A stretch of 63,227 nt of DNA, filler included, from Choristocarpus tenellus KU-1152 (GCA_964200185.2; 14 parts of 14 records of this genome joined end to end with filler, not necessarily neighbours in it); one strand, 5' to 3'. Shown: positions 26,365 to 40,151, counted from the first letter of the whole stretch. The notes: generated by a model not told the origin, from the letters alone. Translations and numbers: made by a program.

Positions 26365-28278
26365 AGAAGTCTGTTCACTATATGGTGATTCCTCTGCTTG
26401 TTTATCTGTAGACAAAAATGAAGAAACCACTCATGATAACATCCTTCCTATGATGTCACAGGTAGATCCTGCCCAAGAACTAGGCTGGAGGGGGGATGCT
26501 ATTATGTTTGAAAGGTGCTCAGTGCATCTATTAATACACTACCCTCCCACCAGAACTTGCAAGAGTGAGTGGATGGATTGATATCAGTCTGTCGCCCTAT
26601 TGTGCTGTCTGCCAAGTGGCATGGCCACAAACAAGCCCATTGTTCACAGCTTGTCATCAAGTACTACATATTACTGATAGATCATTTCTGTTACATTTTA
26701 TTGTATAGGCAGGTATCACGAAGAGTTCAAAGCATGTTGTATGTTGTGTCTGCCATCCAATCATGGATTGTTGCGGTCAGTATAGCAAAAGACAATCGTA
26801 AGGCATAAGCTTGCTTGGCGATGTTACTGCTGTATGAAGCAACGACAAAGAAAATGTGATCGATCAGCCCCGCCACATTGCATTTCCATACATTGTATGG
26901 TAAATAAATGGGCTACCAGGAAACTAGAGGTCTGGTCTTGGTCCATCAAACCAACCAAGAAAGACACAAGACCATTTTGTGGGGCGAGGAGCAGACTAAA
27001 TATGCGGAAGAAACACGCTATGATAGATAGGAAAGTCGCATAATATCTATCATAGAGGTCAGACCTCTGGTTTTAATGCTCATGGGACAATACAATGGTT
27101 TTCACTGACCAAGAGGGGGAGCAAATTTAATCCGATGAGTACTGGGTGGGAGAAACGACAGACGTTGTATGGCACAGAAAAGTGTGCATGCATGGGTATC
27201 TAAATTATATGCTGGTATTGCACAAATGATTGACTTATTGGTGATTTTAGAAAGGCATCATTCTTTTATTGAGGCGAGGGTGGCATAGGCTGAAGGAGAC
27301 TTCAAGGCGGAAACATGCACAGATTCTATACCTCAAACAGGTTCACTTTTTTAGCCAATGACGAAAAAATAGTGAATCTCTTGTTTGAGGTTGCGAAAGA
27401 CCTCAAGATCTGAGAGGTGTCAGTACCAGCATGAGTTTATTGCACCACCAGCACCACATGTGGATTACAATACTACCCCAGTCCGGTCCCCTGTGATATT
27501 GGACGTGACCCTCAGGTAGGATGAAATATTCCTGCCCAAGACATACAACAAGATTCCTGTTCACGTACTCAATAAGGAGTAAATGGGGTGGAGACCACTT
27601 CATGTCAAATCACCAAGGAGGCTTGACAGAGGTGGAAAGCGGAAGCATTTCTTGAGACAAGGGGAAATCCCTGTTTTTCTCTGTGGAGGGGCAAGAATGT
27701 GCCGTCCTCAAACGCAACAGTGACTGTGGGTTTGACCACTTCAAAAGCGGTCAAGACCGGAAACAAATCCATCCCTAATGGAGCCGCCAAGTTTTGCTGT
27801 ACAGTTGATAAAATTGTTGCTGTGGACTCTAGATTACAGTTTGTTTGGAGGAGTAGCCTAGCATGGAGAGATCAGATTGCAATTGCGCTGGAATACTCAC
27901 ACCCAAGACATCTTTGTCATGTGCAGATATTTTACACAAGGCTGTCGATATTGACCCAAAGTGTCTTGGGGGGGGNNNNNNNNNNNNNNNNNNNNNNNNN
28001 NNNNNNNNNNNNNNNNNNNTTAATTAATTAANNNNNNNNNNNNNNNNNNNNNNNNNNNNNNNNNNNNNNNNNNNNGGTCTGACAGCACAAGGTAACTTTT
28101 CTTTTTCTTCCCCCCCCCCCACCCCACTCACACATCCTTCCCTCACACAAATCATCACCTGGACTAAGACCACATCCAAATCATCCTCAAAACAACAACA
28201 AACCCTTCCCCACAACATAGTGGATGCCGATGAACCCCCTCCAAAACGCCTTTCCAAGCCTCTCCCTTCCCCCCTCAC

Positions 28279-28481
28279 CGAAAGTGTGCCTGGGTGGGTC
28301 TATCCGTCCTGTGATGCCCCCCTGCCCCTTCCCCTAGCCCCTGACGTGCTGGTGATGACCGTGGCCGCTCTGCCTTCTTTTCAACCCTTACAGCACACCA
28401 CTGACCGTCCTTATCCTTCCAAGCTCGATACTCAACCCGGTCCCCTTTCCTTAACCTCGCAGGTGGTGCACCCTCCTGTAT
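28279..28481 (-). CDS. Cold-shock/OB-fold domain protein, exon with the C-terminal half of the CSD
   Basis: cttag|IQEGAPPARLRKGDRVEYRAWKDKDGQWCAVRVEKK...|gtgagg; L..GD.V.Y....G...A..V motif; phase 0 matches exon 29959-30094. Confidence 0.72.
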
Positions 28482-28905
28482 CTAAGACACAGTGGTACAT
28501 TCACCACACAGTTGAAAAACAACAAATAGTATAATAAAAAGAAAAAAAAGAATTAAGGACAGGGGATTTTAGTAGTGCAGTCGCTGTTATGGAAGAAGAT
28601 AAGAGTACTATGATACAGAACAGCATCAGACAGCCAAGACTTGCACCAAAGTTGAACCATTCGGGTCAATTCACCCTGAAAGATGTGCTTATACTGCTCT
28701 GACTGATCCCATTAAAAAAAAATGGTGAACATAGTTGGAATATAAATGGGAAAGAACAAATCCAGTCTGGTTAAAAAATGAAATCAAAAAGTTAATTCGT
28801 CGCTGGAATCTGATATTCAGACTTTACGTTACGCAGTCATGAGGCAAAATCAAGCAAGAGCAGTAAAAAATTGCCCCAAATATGTGTGGGTATATACACA
28901 TTCCT

Positions 28906-28946
<41 letters not shown>

Positions 28947-29958
28947 ACTTAACCCAACCACTGCACAATGAGTGTCCTTGTATACCTAAGTCGTGAGTTC
29001 AAACCTGAGAGGTTAGGTTGTCTCTAATGGATTTTTTTTTTGATGATACAACTGTGTCCTTCTGTCTCGGACAAAACAAAAAAAAAGAAGGCGAAAAATG
29101 CGAACCATAGAGATAGGACTTCATTGTAACAAGGCAAGAGAGGGACAAGCTTCAAGGCAGGAGATAAGGGCAATGGGCAATGGGATGACTCAAACAGACA
29201 GACACACAATCAAATCTATGGAGAGTGCAGCGCATATTTTCTCTAACCCACAGGTCAAGCTCCATCTCATGCCACAAACTCGAATGCCATAGCCCACTGT
29301 ATCAAAAACAGGTGTACTTTCAGTCCTTCATCGGGAAGTTTTAAACTCTCAAAGATCAAGTTAGAGGATGAAACCAAGTGAAGAAGTTCCTAGAGACAGG
29401 TTAAACGACGTAAGACATCAACAGTCATCACACACACTTTAGGCTTGGACTGGGCTGCCCCACGGACTCAACCGGTTCACATTTCACCTGCCCCATCATA
29501 AAGGGTCTAGATGTTTTTCCCAAGTAGTTGAATTGGTATCAGCAGATAACAACTACAATAACTGAGAGGATGACTTGTTAGCATGTTTTTGACACAGACA
29601 CAAGGTTCTACACTACCTGTTGCTACGATAGGTAGGCGTCCACCCTAGTCATCCTCAACTCAAGCAACCTTAACACCAACCAAAATCTACTTCACCCTAA
29701 CCTAACCCTAACCCCAAACATCCTACCCTATCAACAGCACTGTAGAAACCCTATATCAAACAGCCACGCCCCTGAAGTATTTACCCTAACCCTTTCCCAA
29801 AACCATGCAGAAAGCTTTTACCAATAAACCAACTTCAATCAAGCACTCTGGTCAGATTACCAACAGCCCTAACCCTAACCCTAACCCTAACCCCCCTTCC
29901 CCCGACCCCTCCAAAAAACAAATCCTACCACACAAGAGATCTAACCCACCTGTCCTAC

Positions 29959-30094
29959 CTTGGCTACCACATCACCAGATGAGAATCGCAGTCGTGTTCT
30001 GCGCGAATTCTCCCCCTTAATCCAACCCTCACCATCCTCCAAAACCGCCTGCACTACACCAGCGTACAACAGCCCCTGAGTCCCACCCTTGTTC
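29959..30094 (-). CDS. Cold-shock/OB-fold domain protein, exon with the N-terminal half of the CSD
   Basis: tctag|(R)NKGGTQGLLYAGVVQAVLEDGEGWIKGENSRRTRLRFSSGDVVAK|gtagga; Y.G.V....G.GWI....L.F...DV pattern. Confidence 0.72.
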
Positions 30095-30883
30095 CTAGAC
30101 AATAACATGCCGTTGTGATCACATAAAGCAGGGGCATGGGCAAGTCAAGGTGACCAAGCACACACACACAATTTTTTCAAGACTGAGCCACCAGGCAAAT
30201 TGTTCAAAGTGATGCTGAACAGTGGAAGTACAATTTCTCCAACAGTGTATATAGAATAATTTTCCCCTCTCGACCTTACACAAATTTCCACCCCACTGAA
30301 AAATGTGTTTTTTTCCCAGCAAACAAACTAGAGTGAGACAATAGTCAACTGATACTCCCACTCAGTAGAAAAACTTTAGAATACATTGGAGACAAACAAA
30401 TCCTGTTACCACATACACCATTAATAAACAAGGGAAGGCAAGTGAAAAATGCAGTGCACTAACCCCAACCCCAACCCCAACCCCAACCAATACATTATTT
30501 TTTTCCCCCACATGTAGGATGAAAATAAGCCAATCAAAACACAGGGACAATAGTCCACACAGAGACAGTACTTTGTAGCACATTCAACTGTCAATTACAT
30601 ACTATATTGCACCAGCTGACATTTTACAGCCGTTGTCAGGCCACATGTACAACCCAGGTGATACGTACTCCCCATGACTTCAACAGCAAAGACCAAAAAA
30701 GTCCTAACCTTGAAACAACAAGAGACCCTGTAAAAAAAGAGGCAGATAAACACGATTCAAACCCTACACCCCCCCTCCCCTATCACGATCAGAGCACAAG
30801 ATTTTTTTTTTTCCCCACCAGTCCACCCATACCCCAGAGCACTAACAGCAGCCACAGAACGCTATTCAGTCCAGTCCACCAAC

Positions 30884-31222
30884 CTTCCACCACTCTCCCC
30901 TCCTCCCTCTTGCTTCGGAGACAGAGTCTTTAGAGTACCGTCTGCAATAGAGATAGACCGTGGCTTACGCTTCACCTCTTCCCTAACCCCGTTCCTCCCC
31001 CCTTCCTCTTTCTCCTTCGTGATACCTCCCCCTCCCCCTCCCCCATCATACATAACCCTAACCATAGGATCTGTCCTGATCCCTCCAGTTCGTTCCAACT
31101 TATCAGCCCGTGTTAGAGAGTGTGAGCGTTGACTGGCGTGCTCAGAGTGACCACCCTTGCCCTGCGACCGGCCACCGGACGGCGTGTTGGATGAATCCCT
31201 CCCACCAAAGGACTGCTCATCC
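30884..31222 (-). CDS. Probable upstream low-complexity (G/S/R-rich) exon of the cold-shock-domain gene
   Basis: cccag|...DEQSFGGRDSS...GGGESGG(R)|gttggt; 339 bp open frame, phase 2/2 compatible with the exon starting at 30094. Confidence 0.5.
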
Positions 31223-31674
31223 CTGGGTTCTCATCGGTTTGGGACCACATGTATGTATGTATGGGGGTTAGGGTTGGGGAACATAAAGATTGCAGTGAGA
31301 TGACAGCTATATATATTTCCCTATTATTATTATTATTTTTTAGTGCGTTCAAACTTAAAGGTATTACGCAAAAGTCACAGTACGATACTCAACAATGTGA
31401 AACCCTAACCATACCGCTCAATTCCATTTGAGTACTACTGCACTGTACTCTTAATCAACTGTAAAACACCCCCCAAACCCTAACGCTAAACCTCTTGACA
31501 TGATTGTCCAGAAAAAAAAAACGGTTCAGAAGATATTTTTAGTCAAAAAAAAAAAAAGCTCATCTCCGCATCTCNNNNNNNNNNNNNNNNNNNNNNNNNN
31601 NNNNNNNNNNNNNNNNNNTTAATTAATTAANNNNNNNNNNNNNNNNNNNNNNNNNNNNNNNNNNNNNNNNNNNN

Positions 31675-31729
31675 TCCATACATATTTTACCGTAACTGTC
31701 CGATAGAGTTGGAAGAGTCTAATCGAACA
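31675..31729 (-). mobile_element. Ty1/copia LTR 5' fragment at contig start
   Basis: Reverse complement tgttcgattagactcttccaactctatcggacagttacggtaaaatatgtatgga equals the start of the LTRs at 46397, 48120 and 52941. Confidence 0.9.
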
Positions 31730-33036
31730 ACCTCCTCCTCCAACCAGGGCATCTTGTCCTTGATTGATCCTCCAAAACACTATTCTTACCAATTGTTCGT
31801 TCAGATTGGGTTGATTCAAAGCCTTTGTTTGTGTCATTGTTTGTTCGGAATTTCTACGCACAGGTGAAGATTCGGCCTGCGAGAAAAATTGTATTTTTGT
31901 AATTTCCAGATACTTTTGCTTGCTTGTCCAGAGGAGTGAATTAGTGTATGCTTCGGAAATCGAATACAGACTGCAGAGAGATGATGAGGCAGAAGTGGAG
32001 GGATTGTGGAGATAGGTAAGGATGTCTCAGGAACAGAAGAATGCACAAATTGAATATTGATAGTTGATAAAAAGGGGCTATAATCACAAGAACTAAAAGA
32101 TCACACATTGTTGCAAACAACACTGTACTAGCAGCGAAGAGGGAGCTATGGAGAAGTAGTGTGTGCAACTACACCCATTTGGCATGTAGAGAACAAAAGG
32201 ATATTGTTCTCGTCAATAGGGAACTCACGTTGATGGTTGTCTGTGCTCCTTCCAAACATCGAGAAGTATCTGTTTGAATTCCCGAGTTTCTGGTGTAGAG
32301 AAAGTGTTATCGGGCGTGAGGACAGGGTTGTGGTTTGATGATTGTTCGTAGTTGCATATGGGAGAAGAAGTAACTTTATGAGGGTGTTCAAATGAGTTCT
32401 TTGAGAGAATAGACGGATAATTCTCTCACCCTTTCAGGTACAGTTGTAGACACAGATTGCAACAGTGTTAAATAATTCAGCCCCATCTCCCTTCTTCCTC
32501 AGTCCCGTGTAGTGAGATACCAGGCTTCATACACGAAAGTCTCCATTTTCTTGGCGACTGTTCTTTTGACAGCTATTGGGAAAATTTTCCCACTGTGGTG
32601 TGTGAAGCCGATAGACCTGAGGTCGTAGTGGCTGCACAGTTAGACCAGGCGTTCTGCCCTTGAGACCATCCTTGGGGTCGATGTCTTTGTTTCAGATGTA
32701 TGGGTGCATCTTGTCAAGCCTGTAGCCTACTGATCGGGACTGAAATACTTTCCTGATCCACGACACCACCTAGCTGAAGATATCCCCAATACTGGCCACA
32801 TGGGACCTGCTGGAAACGACTCCCTCCTCAACAGAAAACAATTGTCCTGTCTCCTTGTCGCTTTTGGGGTAGATCTTCTAGGTAAACTTGGTGTTCACAT
32901 CTTTTGCCAAAGATTTCCGAGTGTGACAAGCAAGTCTGATGTGTAAGAACATTTTCCTGTGTAAATTCAGATCGCTGTTTTTGTCAGTGCAGAAGAAGAG
33001 AAAGAAAGATATGTAAGCCTCACTAGAGTACCTTTT

Positions 33037-33122
33037 AAAATGTCATAAAAAAAGATCATGGGAAGTCAAGACCCAAATGGACAAACAGGGCAAAACTCCT
33101 ACCCTCTAAGATACTTTCACTT
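33037..33122 (+). mobile_element. MITE family A, truncated 3' part
   Basis: aaaatgtcataaaa...ggaagtcaagacccaaatggacaaacagggcaaaactcctaccctctaagatactttcact. Confidence 0.85.
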
Positions 33123-33419
33123 TTTTTTTACCCTGTTTGATTTAACAGTACCTCAGGCGTAAGGATTTAGCTAGACTATTGATTACCAAATTAGCAAGCT
33201 TCACATAGTAGCTTAGACTTCAATAGTAAGTTCCACCAGTGAAAATAATCCAAACATTTTTGCTGTCCGCAGTCACATAAATGTCGTGGTTGTTGAAATT
33301 GGGAGGTGAGGGTTTCAGTCCATACTGGACAGAGTGGTGGTCCTAGGGGGAAGAATAAAGGTCAGACCCAGACACAAGATGAAAGATAGGGTGTCATGAC
33401 TTTCTTTCATAGCTAACTC

Positions 33420-33720
33420 GGTCTTTGATAGCAGTGCTTTGACTCCTTCTGACTAATCCTCAAGTACGTCGAAGACATAAATGGAATAATTGTATTTAGG
33501 AAAGGTGACTGTATTGTAGATAGCTTGGAAAAAAGTATTGAACATAGTGGTAACAACGCAAGAGCTCCATTAGGTGTCAGAGTTGTCTAACTCCTTATCG
33601 TCAGTCATGTATAAGATTGATGCGTTCTCATTTCTAGCAAGGTAACAATTATGATTGTCATTGAAATATCGTGTCAACCTTGCTTCCTTCTGTAGTAAGT
33701 CCAATGCTGTTGCCTCTGAC
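33420..33720 (-). pseudogene. Possible Ulp1/SENP (peptidase C48) relic
   Basis: RLTRYFNDNHNCYLA...CVVTTMFNTFFQAIY.....KYNYSIYV resembles L...WLND..IN.Y and FNTFF..L....Y..V of C48 proteases; contains stops. Confidence 0.3.
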
Positions 33721-33978
33721 TTCAACGTAACATACAACTTATACTATCTTAACTGCATTCTAAGCTAAGGGCTTACCGAAAGTGTTGTGTAACCCATCAT
33801 CACCTGAATAATCATTGAGTAAAATAAATTTATACCCTTCATTTGTGGTATTGTATATTATAAGGCATTGTTCATTAAATCTGAGGTAAGTCACGGATGC
33901 TTTAGTACGGAAGGAGTGAATTAGTCTGCATTTTATTTTATGCATTTATTCTTTGTAGGTCAGTGGATTCCGAAAAGA

Positions 33979-34484
33979 GACACAAAGCATTTAAGAGGGT
34001 ACGGCCGCGTCCATTCGATGTCATAAATCCAATGTTGCGATTTTGATGGATTCTGGCTATCGTGTTTGAGTGAAAGTATCTTAGAGGGTATAAGTTTTGC
34101 CCTGTTTGTCCATTTGGGGCTTGACTTCCCATGCGTATTTTAATGACATTTTCTTACTCTAAAATATTTCGAGTAGGTAAAATGTATATGTTCTGAAAAG
34201 ATGTGTCCAAAACAAGGATATAGAGACTTCCTAACAAACATGATAGCCAAAACTATATCATAATCGTAAGATTGGATTGTGGCTCCCAAATGGACGCGGA
34301 TCTACCCTTTAAGATACTTTGGCTCGTTTGTAAGGAAATGTTAATATCCTTGCTCATAGTCGTATACATTTTAGGTAACTGTGCTCACACAGAAAAAACA
34401 AAAAAGGCCATACAAAAATTGTTGGAAGCCAAGCCCCGAACGGACAAATAGGGCAAACTCCTACCCTCTCAAATGCTTTGGACC
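33979..34484 (+). mobile_element. Older, divergent family-A-like MITE hosting a nested family A copy
   Basis: GACACAAAGCATTTAAGAGGGTAC...TACCCTCTCAAATGCTTTGGACC; removing 34068-34329 restores ctatcgtgtttgtaaggaaatg, matching the family A interior. Confidence 0.8.
34068..34325 (-). mobile_element. MITE family A, complete copy (258 bp), nested
   Basis: GAGTGAAAGTATCTTAGAGGGTA...AAGATACTTTGGCTC with exact 4-bp TSD GTTT (34064-67, 34326-29). Confidence 0.95.
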
Positions 34485-34885
34485 TGAAGCACCACACTCA
34501 GTCATAATTTCAACCTCACCACACAGATACCTCACGTAATGTGTATGATGATATATTACCAAACCTACAGACTTTTCGCCACCAACAAAACATACGACTC
34601 AAACCCTTTGCTTCTTGTATAGCACTCCCAGAACCGAGCAGATCGAACCTCTTCAAACTCTTACACTAAAGCGTGCCAAGAAAGAGGGGGGAGAAAACAA
34701 TGTTGAGAGGGAGACAGAGGATCATAGAGGTAAGGGGTGCAGAGGTTGTGATTATGTAAGTTGAGAGTTGTTGAAGGTAGACATGCACATGTAGGATACG
34801 AGTCAGCAATGGGTAATATGCATGCTCTTTGTAGGTTTCCTTTTGCCTCTCCAACGGTGTTCAAATATTAAGAGTCAAACTAACT

Positions 34886-35116
34886 GAGAGGTAGGCACGG
34901 TAGCATCTCGAGGATCTCGAAAAAGGGCAAAAAGACGCCATCTTGTGCGATAACAGACAGAGCCTCTACCGAATTGTGGCGTCATGATATGTGTAGGAAG
35001 GGGGGATATCAACTTCGCGTACACTATTGTACACGTAAAGGAAATAAATGGAGTGTCTTGCACAGAATAAGAAAGATGCCTTAAAATGTGCAACGGTCCA
35101 AACCTACCTACCTCTC
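34886..35116 (+). mobile_element. MITE family C (about 230 bp), TIR GAGAGGTAGG
   Basis: GAGAGGTAGGCACGG...AAACCTACCTACCTCTC; related copies at 10456-10693, about 37849-37910 (partial), 56166-56365, 60398-60581 (partial). Confidence 0.8.
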
Positions 35117-38100
35117 CATTGATTTGGTACGTAAGTAATCAATTCTAGAACTTTAATTGAAAGGTAAGAGAAGAGCAGATGGTTTTCTAAACGAAATTCC
35201 CCAAATTATTGGTAGAGTTGAAATATTTTAAACCCGGCATGCAACTTTGACGTGGGTAGTAGTGACAATGCAATACGTTCAGTTCCGAAAGCAGTAGTAG
35301 TCAAGGGGTCTGTACGAATCACTGATGGCCGCACACTGCTTATTTACCTGTCTTAGCATCGCGTGGACCTTAAAATGAAAAACAACAATTACAGCTCAAG
35401 TCAAAGAAATGTACAAAAATGCATTATCATAGAGATCAGAGCTTGGCAACATCAGCGTGTTGTTGAGTACCAATAGTAATGAATATAGAAATCCTTGTGA
35501 TAAATGTTACAGTTTAGTAACATTTTTTGCGTGATAATACTATTGGTCAGGATATAGTTGAGAGGAATGAGAGTCCATAAATGTTCCTTGTACTGATTGG
35601 CGTTATCTTTTATATACTAGGTCCCCTACTTCCTACAATCCTGGGAAGTACGAAGTTGTATTTTCTTGTTGGTATGCATCTGTTGACACATCATTTTTTA
35701 ATTTTGTGCTACACATCTGACTTCTGACATAAAACAATAGTTGAAAGTGCAATACTGTGTGTCTTACTGTTTTATTAAAAACATCCTTAAGTATATATAT
35801 TGTGGTTGAAACATCTTGCCCATCGAAACAGATCACTGCAAAACTAATGTTGATTTAGATTAAGGAGAGCTGGAGAAGGATAGTTGTAAGATAGAATAGG
35901 TTCATATACATGCTTGCATCAACCTACCTTTAGTGCTGTATATGTATTCTTACACGAAAGAACCCTTGCCCGAAGAAGGTGTGTTTTATCTGCTCCCCAC
36001 TGGTATCCCTATCAAGAAAGTGGTGTCAGAGGAGAAAGGAGAGGAGACTCGATACTCAGATCATGTAGCTGGAGTGAAGAACAAACAAGAGCGAAACTTG
36101 CACATAATTTCAGTCTCTGGGAGAAGTGAACAAGACGACACTTGGGGTATCAAAAGCGGGTAGGAAATGTCGTTGTGACAGGATCAGTAGGATAATGTCT
36201 TTACTGTTTGTGAATGGGTACCTGGCGAGAAGGACAATGAGTAGTATCCTACTGGATTGGTTATGATAAGGGGGGCGTCTTTAGTGACAGTACCCCCTTT
36301 CCTTTGTTCGCGTGATTTGAGTTTCTATCAAGGGCCTTTTTTTGTTTTCTCTTCGTTTACTGTTGAGGGAAAAGTCTCTCTCTACGATAGTATCCTGTAT
36401 CTGGTTGGTCACTAGTAATTGTTCGATTTAAGTTTTCTTTGTGTTCGCTTCATAGCAGCCTGTTCTTGTATTGTATCGTTGTGTATCACATTCAATCACA
36501 CATGCTTTTGTCCCTTCATCAAATAATCTTTTGTGATTTCATTATTCATTCTTGTGTCGCAGGAGAAAGAGGCGAGTGAGTTGTTTTTCACTTGGAGCGT
36601 CAAGTAAAATGCAGAGTGAGTACCGTGAGATGCAAATGTTATGGTGGCCTATCCATCGCCAAGGGCAAAGATAGACGGGCGTTCTTTGGAACTGGTTTCT
36701 TTCTATGGACCCGTCCAACAATGCTCATACATAGGTTAGGACCTGATGATGATATCCTTTTCACTATATGATACGTTCATTTTATTCCAGGGAAATGTGA
36801 TTTCTTTCCCTGTCCAGTTGCATATTGGTACCATCGAAGCAGCTACAATCGTTTCAAACTAGGAAGCATGTTACAGAGTGGAAGTCCCATACGACCGGTT
36901 CAACAATACCTGTATCAACTTGATATAGGAGAAATATCGAGTTGAATTGTCTGACCGCACTTTTTGGTCTTCTTATTATATTTTGTCTAGGTTAGAGGCA
37001 TCCATCTCTCAACTCATCCAGGCGATTTCATTATCATAATTAACAAATAATCAAATTGAAGGTGCTACGAATTGTGCCTAATGTTCCTCTTGGTATTATC
37101 TTCTGCCTGAAATATGCTTAGTATCTTCAGCCACCAACACCATACCTAGGTAGGATGTACCTAGGTAGGAAGGACTAGGTAGTGCTCAATTTGCAACAAA
37201 GGTTCGCAATGTCGTCATGGAGTGGAGGGAAAGCGGGAAAGTGCTGACGGGTTCAGATGAGGGACGAAGCATCGAGTGCAATTTATTACTATGGAGAGAG
37301 ATGGAGTGACATATGACTTTGAATTACCCTCCGGATTTTTTTCCCCTTGGTGCGTTCAATTGACGATGTTGGTTGTGAGGAGTTAGCTGCAGCCACCAGC
37401 ACATACTTTGAAGGCATACCCTGAGAAATTGCAGGAGAGGGCTTGAGATTGGCATAGTCCGAGGGATTTGAATTGATTTCGACCCCTACATCTATGCCTT
37501 CAGCCCAGTCCATCACGTTGTTTTGGACGCATGGCAAGGACCACGTCACCATTCACTACAAATGGAACCATGTTTTGCACAAGGCTTGAGAGCAGATCAG
37601 GCTTGGGTGGTATGGGGACCCCAGTATGGAAGGGGAAGGAGGCAAGGAGGGCAAGTGATTGCCTTCACCATAGGATAAAAAGTTTGAGCTATGGACACCA
37701 ACTCCAACCCATGAACAAGTGAATAATGAAGATCAAGGTATTCGTGGGGACTATTGGCAGCTTCGTTGCTCCCCCTGAGACTAGGGATGATGTCCCGGAA
37801 TAATTAAACGTTGACAAGGATACGAAAGAGAACGAGTGAAACCAAGTAAGAGGTAGGCAGTGTTGCAATTTAAGGATCCCGAGAAAGGTTCAAAATATAA
37901 TTTTGGACCGAATCGGGAGAGAAAGAGAAACGAGGGTGGTGGAGACTATCGAGGGTAATGTACAGGGGAGTGTGGTGTAGAAGGAAAGAGTGTTAAGACT
38001 CCACAGGGGGGGAGGCAAAACAAACCAGGAACAGGAAGGCAGGGACTATTTGGGCAGTGGTAATACTGTTGTACCTGGCGCATGAATTGCAAGTTTTCCG

Positions 38101-39751
38101 TCGACGAGAAGGGGGAGGAGTGGTCCTGTCGCTGTTTTGTTTCTCCTCTCAACGTCCTGCGGTGGCTCCAAGTACCGATGTGACTCCCCCGCTAGTCCAC
38201 AACTGACGTGGAACTCGAGGGAGTATATCGTGATAGCCCGGCTTGAGTCGGTATTCCCGAGGGGGCACGAATATCTGAGCTATCTTTACTTCTGGGTGTA
38301 TGGCAGCAGGTCTCCGATTATAATCCATAATGCTCCGACGTTTCTCCTGACTAGTAGCAGCGTTCATGTGCTCCCTACAGGTCCAAAATAGAATAGTTTG
38401 TCTGCATTACGACATATCACACACTCATAATATAGGGGGGGTGGAAATGTATTATATCCAAAGTCTTGTTTGTGTTCGATTGGATCCTCCATGTACAAAA
38501 GAGATATCAAATAGTTTGTAGTCACAAAAAAGTGACAACAATGGTCCGTTTGATGTAACATGACCCACGTGCACAAGTAAAACCTGTGAAGAATGTTTCA
38601 TATCTGATTTGTTTTTGTATTATATTTGTGTGACGTCACTATATTATTCTCTTCTACTTCCCAAATAAATCTAATACAGGAGAACTTCCAATGAAGGAGT
38701 GAATCTAAAATAGATAGCTTCCTACAATTATATTATGAAGGGAAGTTTATGAAGTAATCTGAGTATGTCAGTGGAAGAATTCTGGTTGGTTGGGACACAG
38801 GACAAGGGGAGGGGTAGAGAGAAGAATAAGAAGTAAAATGGGTACAAACGGTTAAGAATTGGCTTAGAGAGTGGGGAGAGAGGTTAAAGAATTGAGTGGT
38901 AGAATGAAGGAGGAGGGAAAGGAATGGTCAGTACTTCAAAAGTCCACTGAATGAATTGGTGAGGTGAGAGATGCCTAGACAATCATTATTATTTCTACAG
39001 TGTGGGGTTTGCAATCGTCCACACTATGTTACTATGAATCACTTATTAACTTGTTTTAAGTATAGCAATGGACACTACGAGTCAGTACATATGATATATC
39101 GTCGCTGGCTCTCCATCCTAAAACCTAATCCATCGGTGAAGTCTATAGTGTATCAGCACCACTATTTACGAACGGTTTCCAGCAATCTTTGGGTCAAGTA
39201 TCTTGGGGGGAGGGGTGGTTTGTGAGGGGGCATCCGTTTCGGNNNNNNNNNNNNNNNNNNNNNNNNNNNNNNNNNNNNNNNNNNNNTTAATTAATTAANN
39301 NNNNNNNNNNNNNNNNNNNNNNNNNNNNNNNNNNNNNNNNNNTTTGTGTGTAGGTATAGGGTTAGATTTATGGTTGAGTTTATAAGAGCAAAGATTTGAG
39401 AGAGCATTAGTTTCTCGATCTGAGACATCAGATCTCAGAACTAGAACTCATGGGTTTTTTTTTTTCATTCTTCAATGTATTCAATTGCCCACCCCCTCTG
39501 ATTAGTGTCTTACCGTCTCAGATAAGATCCTGGAACTTAGGGTAACCCTAACCCTAACCCTAACTCAGATATTTTTGCATATTAAAAATGAGCCGGACTT
39601 ACATACTCACTATTCCAAAGGACTCCACAAATAATGTTATTATAGTTATTATATTTCCTACTATTTTCACAGGTAATTTGAGGGCAAAGAAGATAAAATT
39701 AAGAAGCAATCCAAACCCCAAATTCATTGTTATAGCCCCCGTGAGTAGGTA

Positions 39752-40054
39752 CAATATTTTCAATATTTAATTTAACGTGTAAAGTGTAACAATATTTTCA
39801 ATATTTAATTTAACATCTAACGTGTAACATTATTTTCAATATTTACTTTAACATCTAACGTGTAACAGTATTTTCAATATTTAATTTAACATCTAACGTG
39901 TAACAGTATTTTCAATATTTAATTTAACATCTAAAGTGTAACAATATTTTTAATATTTAATTTAACATCTAAAGTGTAACAAGATTTTCAATATTTAATT
40001 TAACATCTAAAGTGTAACAAGATTTTCAATACTTAATTTAACATCTAAAGTGTA
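39752..40054. repeat. 38-bp AT-rich minisatellite, about 8 copies, in a SKI2 intron
   Basis: Unit aatattttcaatatttaatttaacatctaa(a/c)gtgtaac. Confidence 0.95.
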
Positions 40055-40151
40055 ATTCGTAACACTCAAAACAACAGCAAATCTTTCTCATGAGAAGAGA
40101 CACATATTATCACATGTTACCACATTCAATCCCAATGCCATCCGGACAAGC

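Noticed and set aside
26139-26388. Recurring small protein family (MG.K.Q.CD...VYILPTPK.FG.GKC...KPSPKWTNR..LVPSKI.SL; also ORFs 12995, 47126, 58271)
   Set aside because: Translations of MITE A; frames break at different places between copies, so there is no coding conservation
26700-27350. Sola-like transposase C-terminus (R..AWRCYCC); similar hints at about 37280-37600
   Set aside because: No catalytic motifs found; too degenerate to call, though worth a profile search
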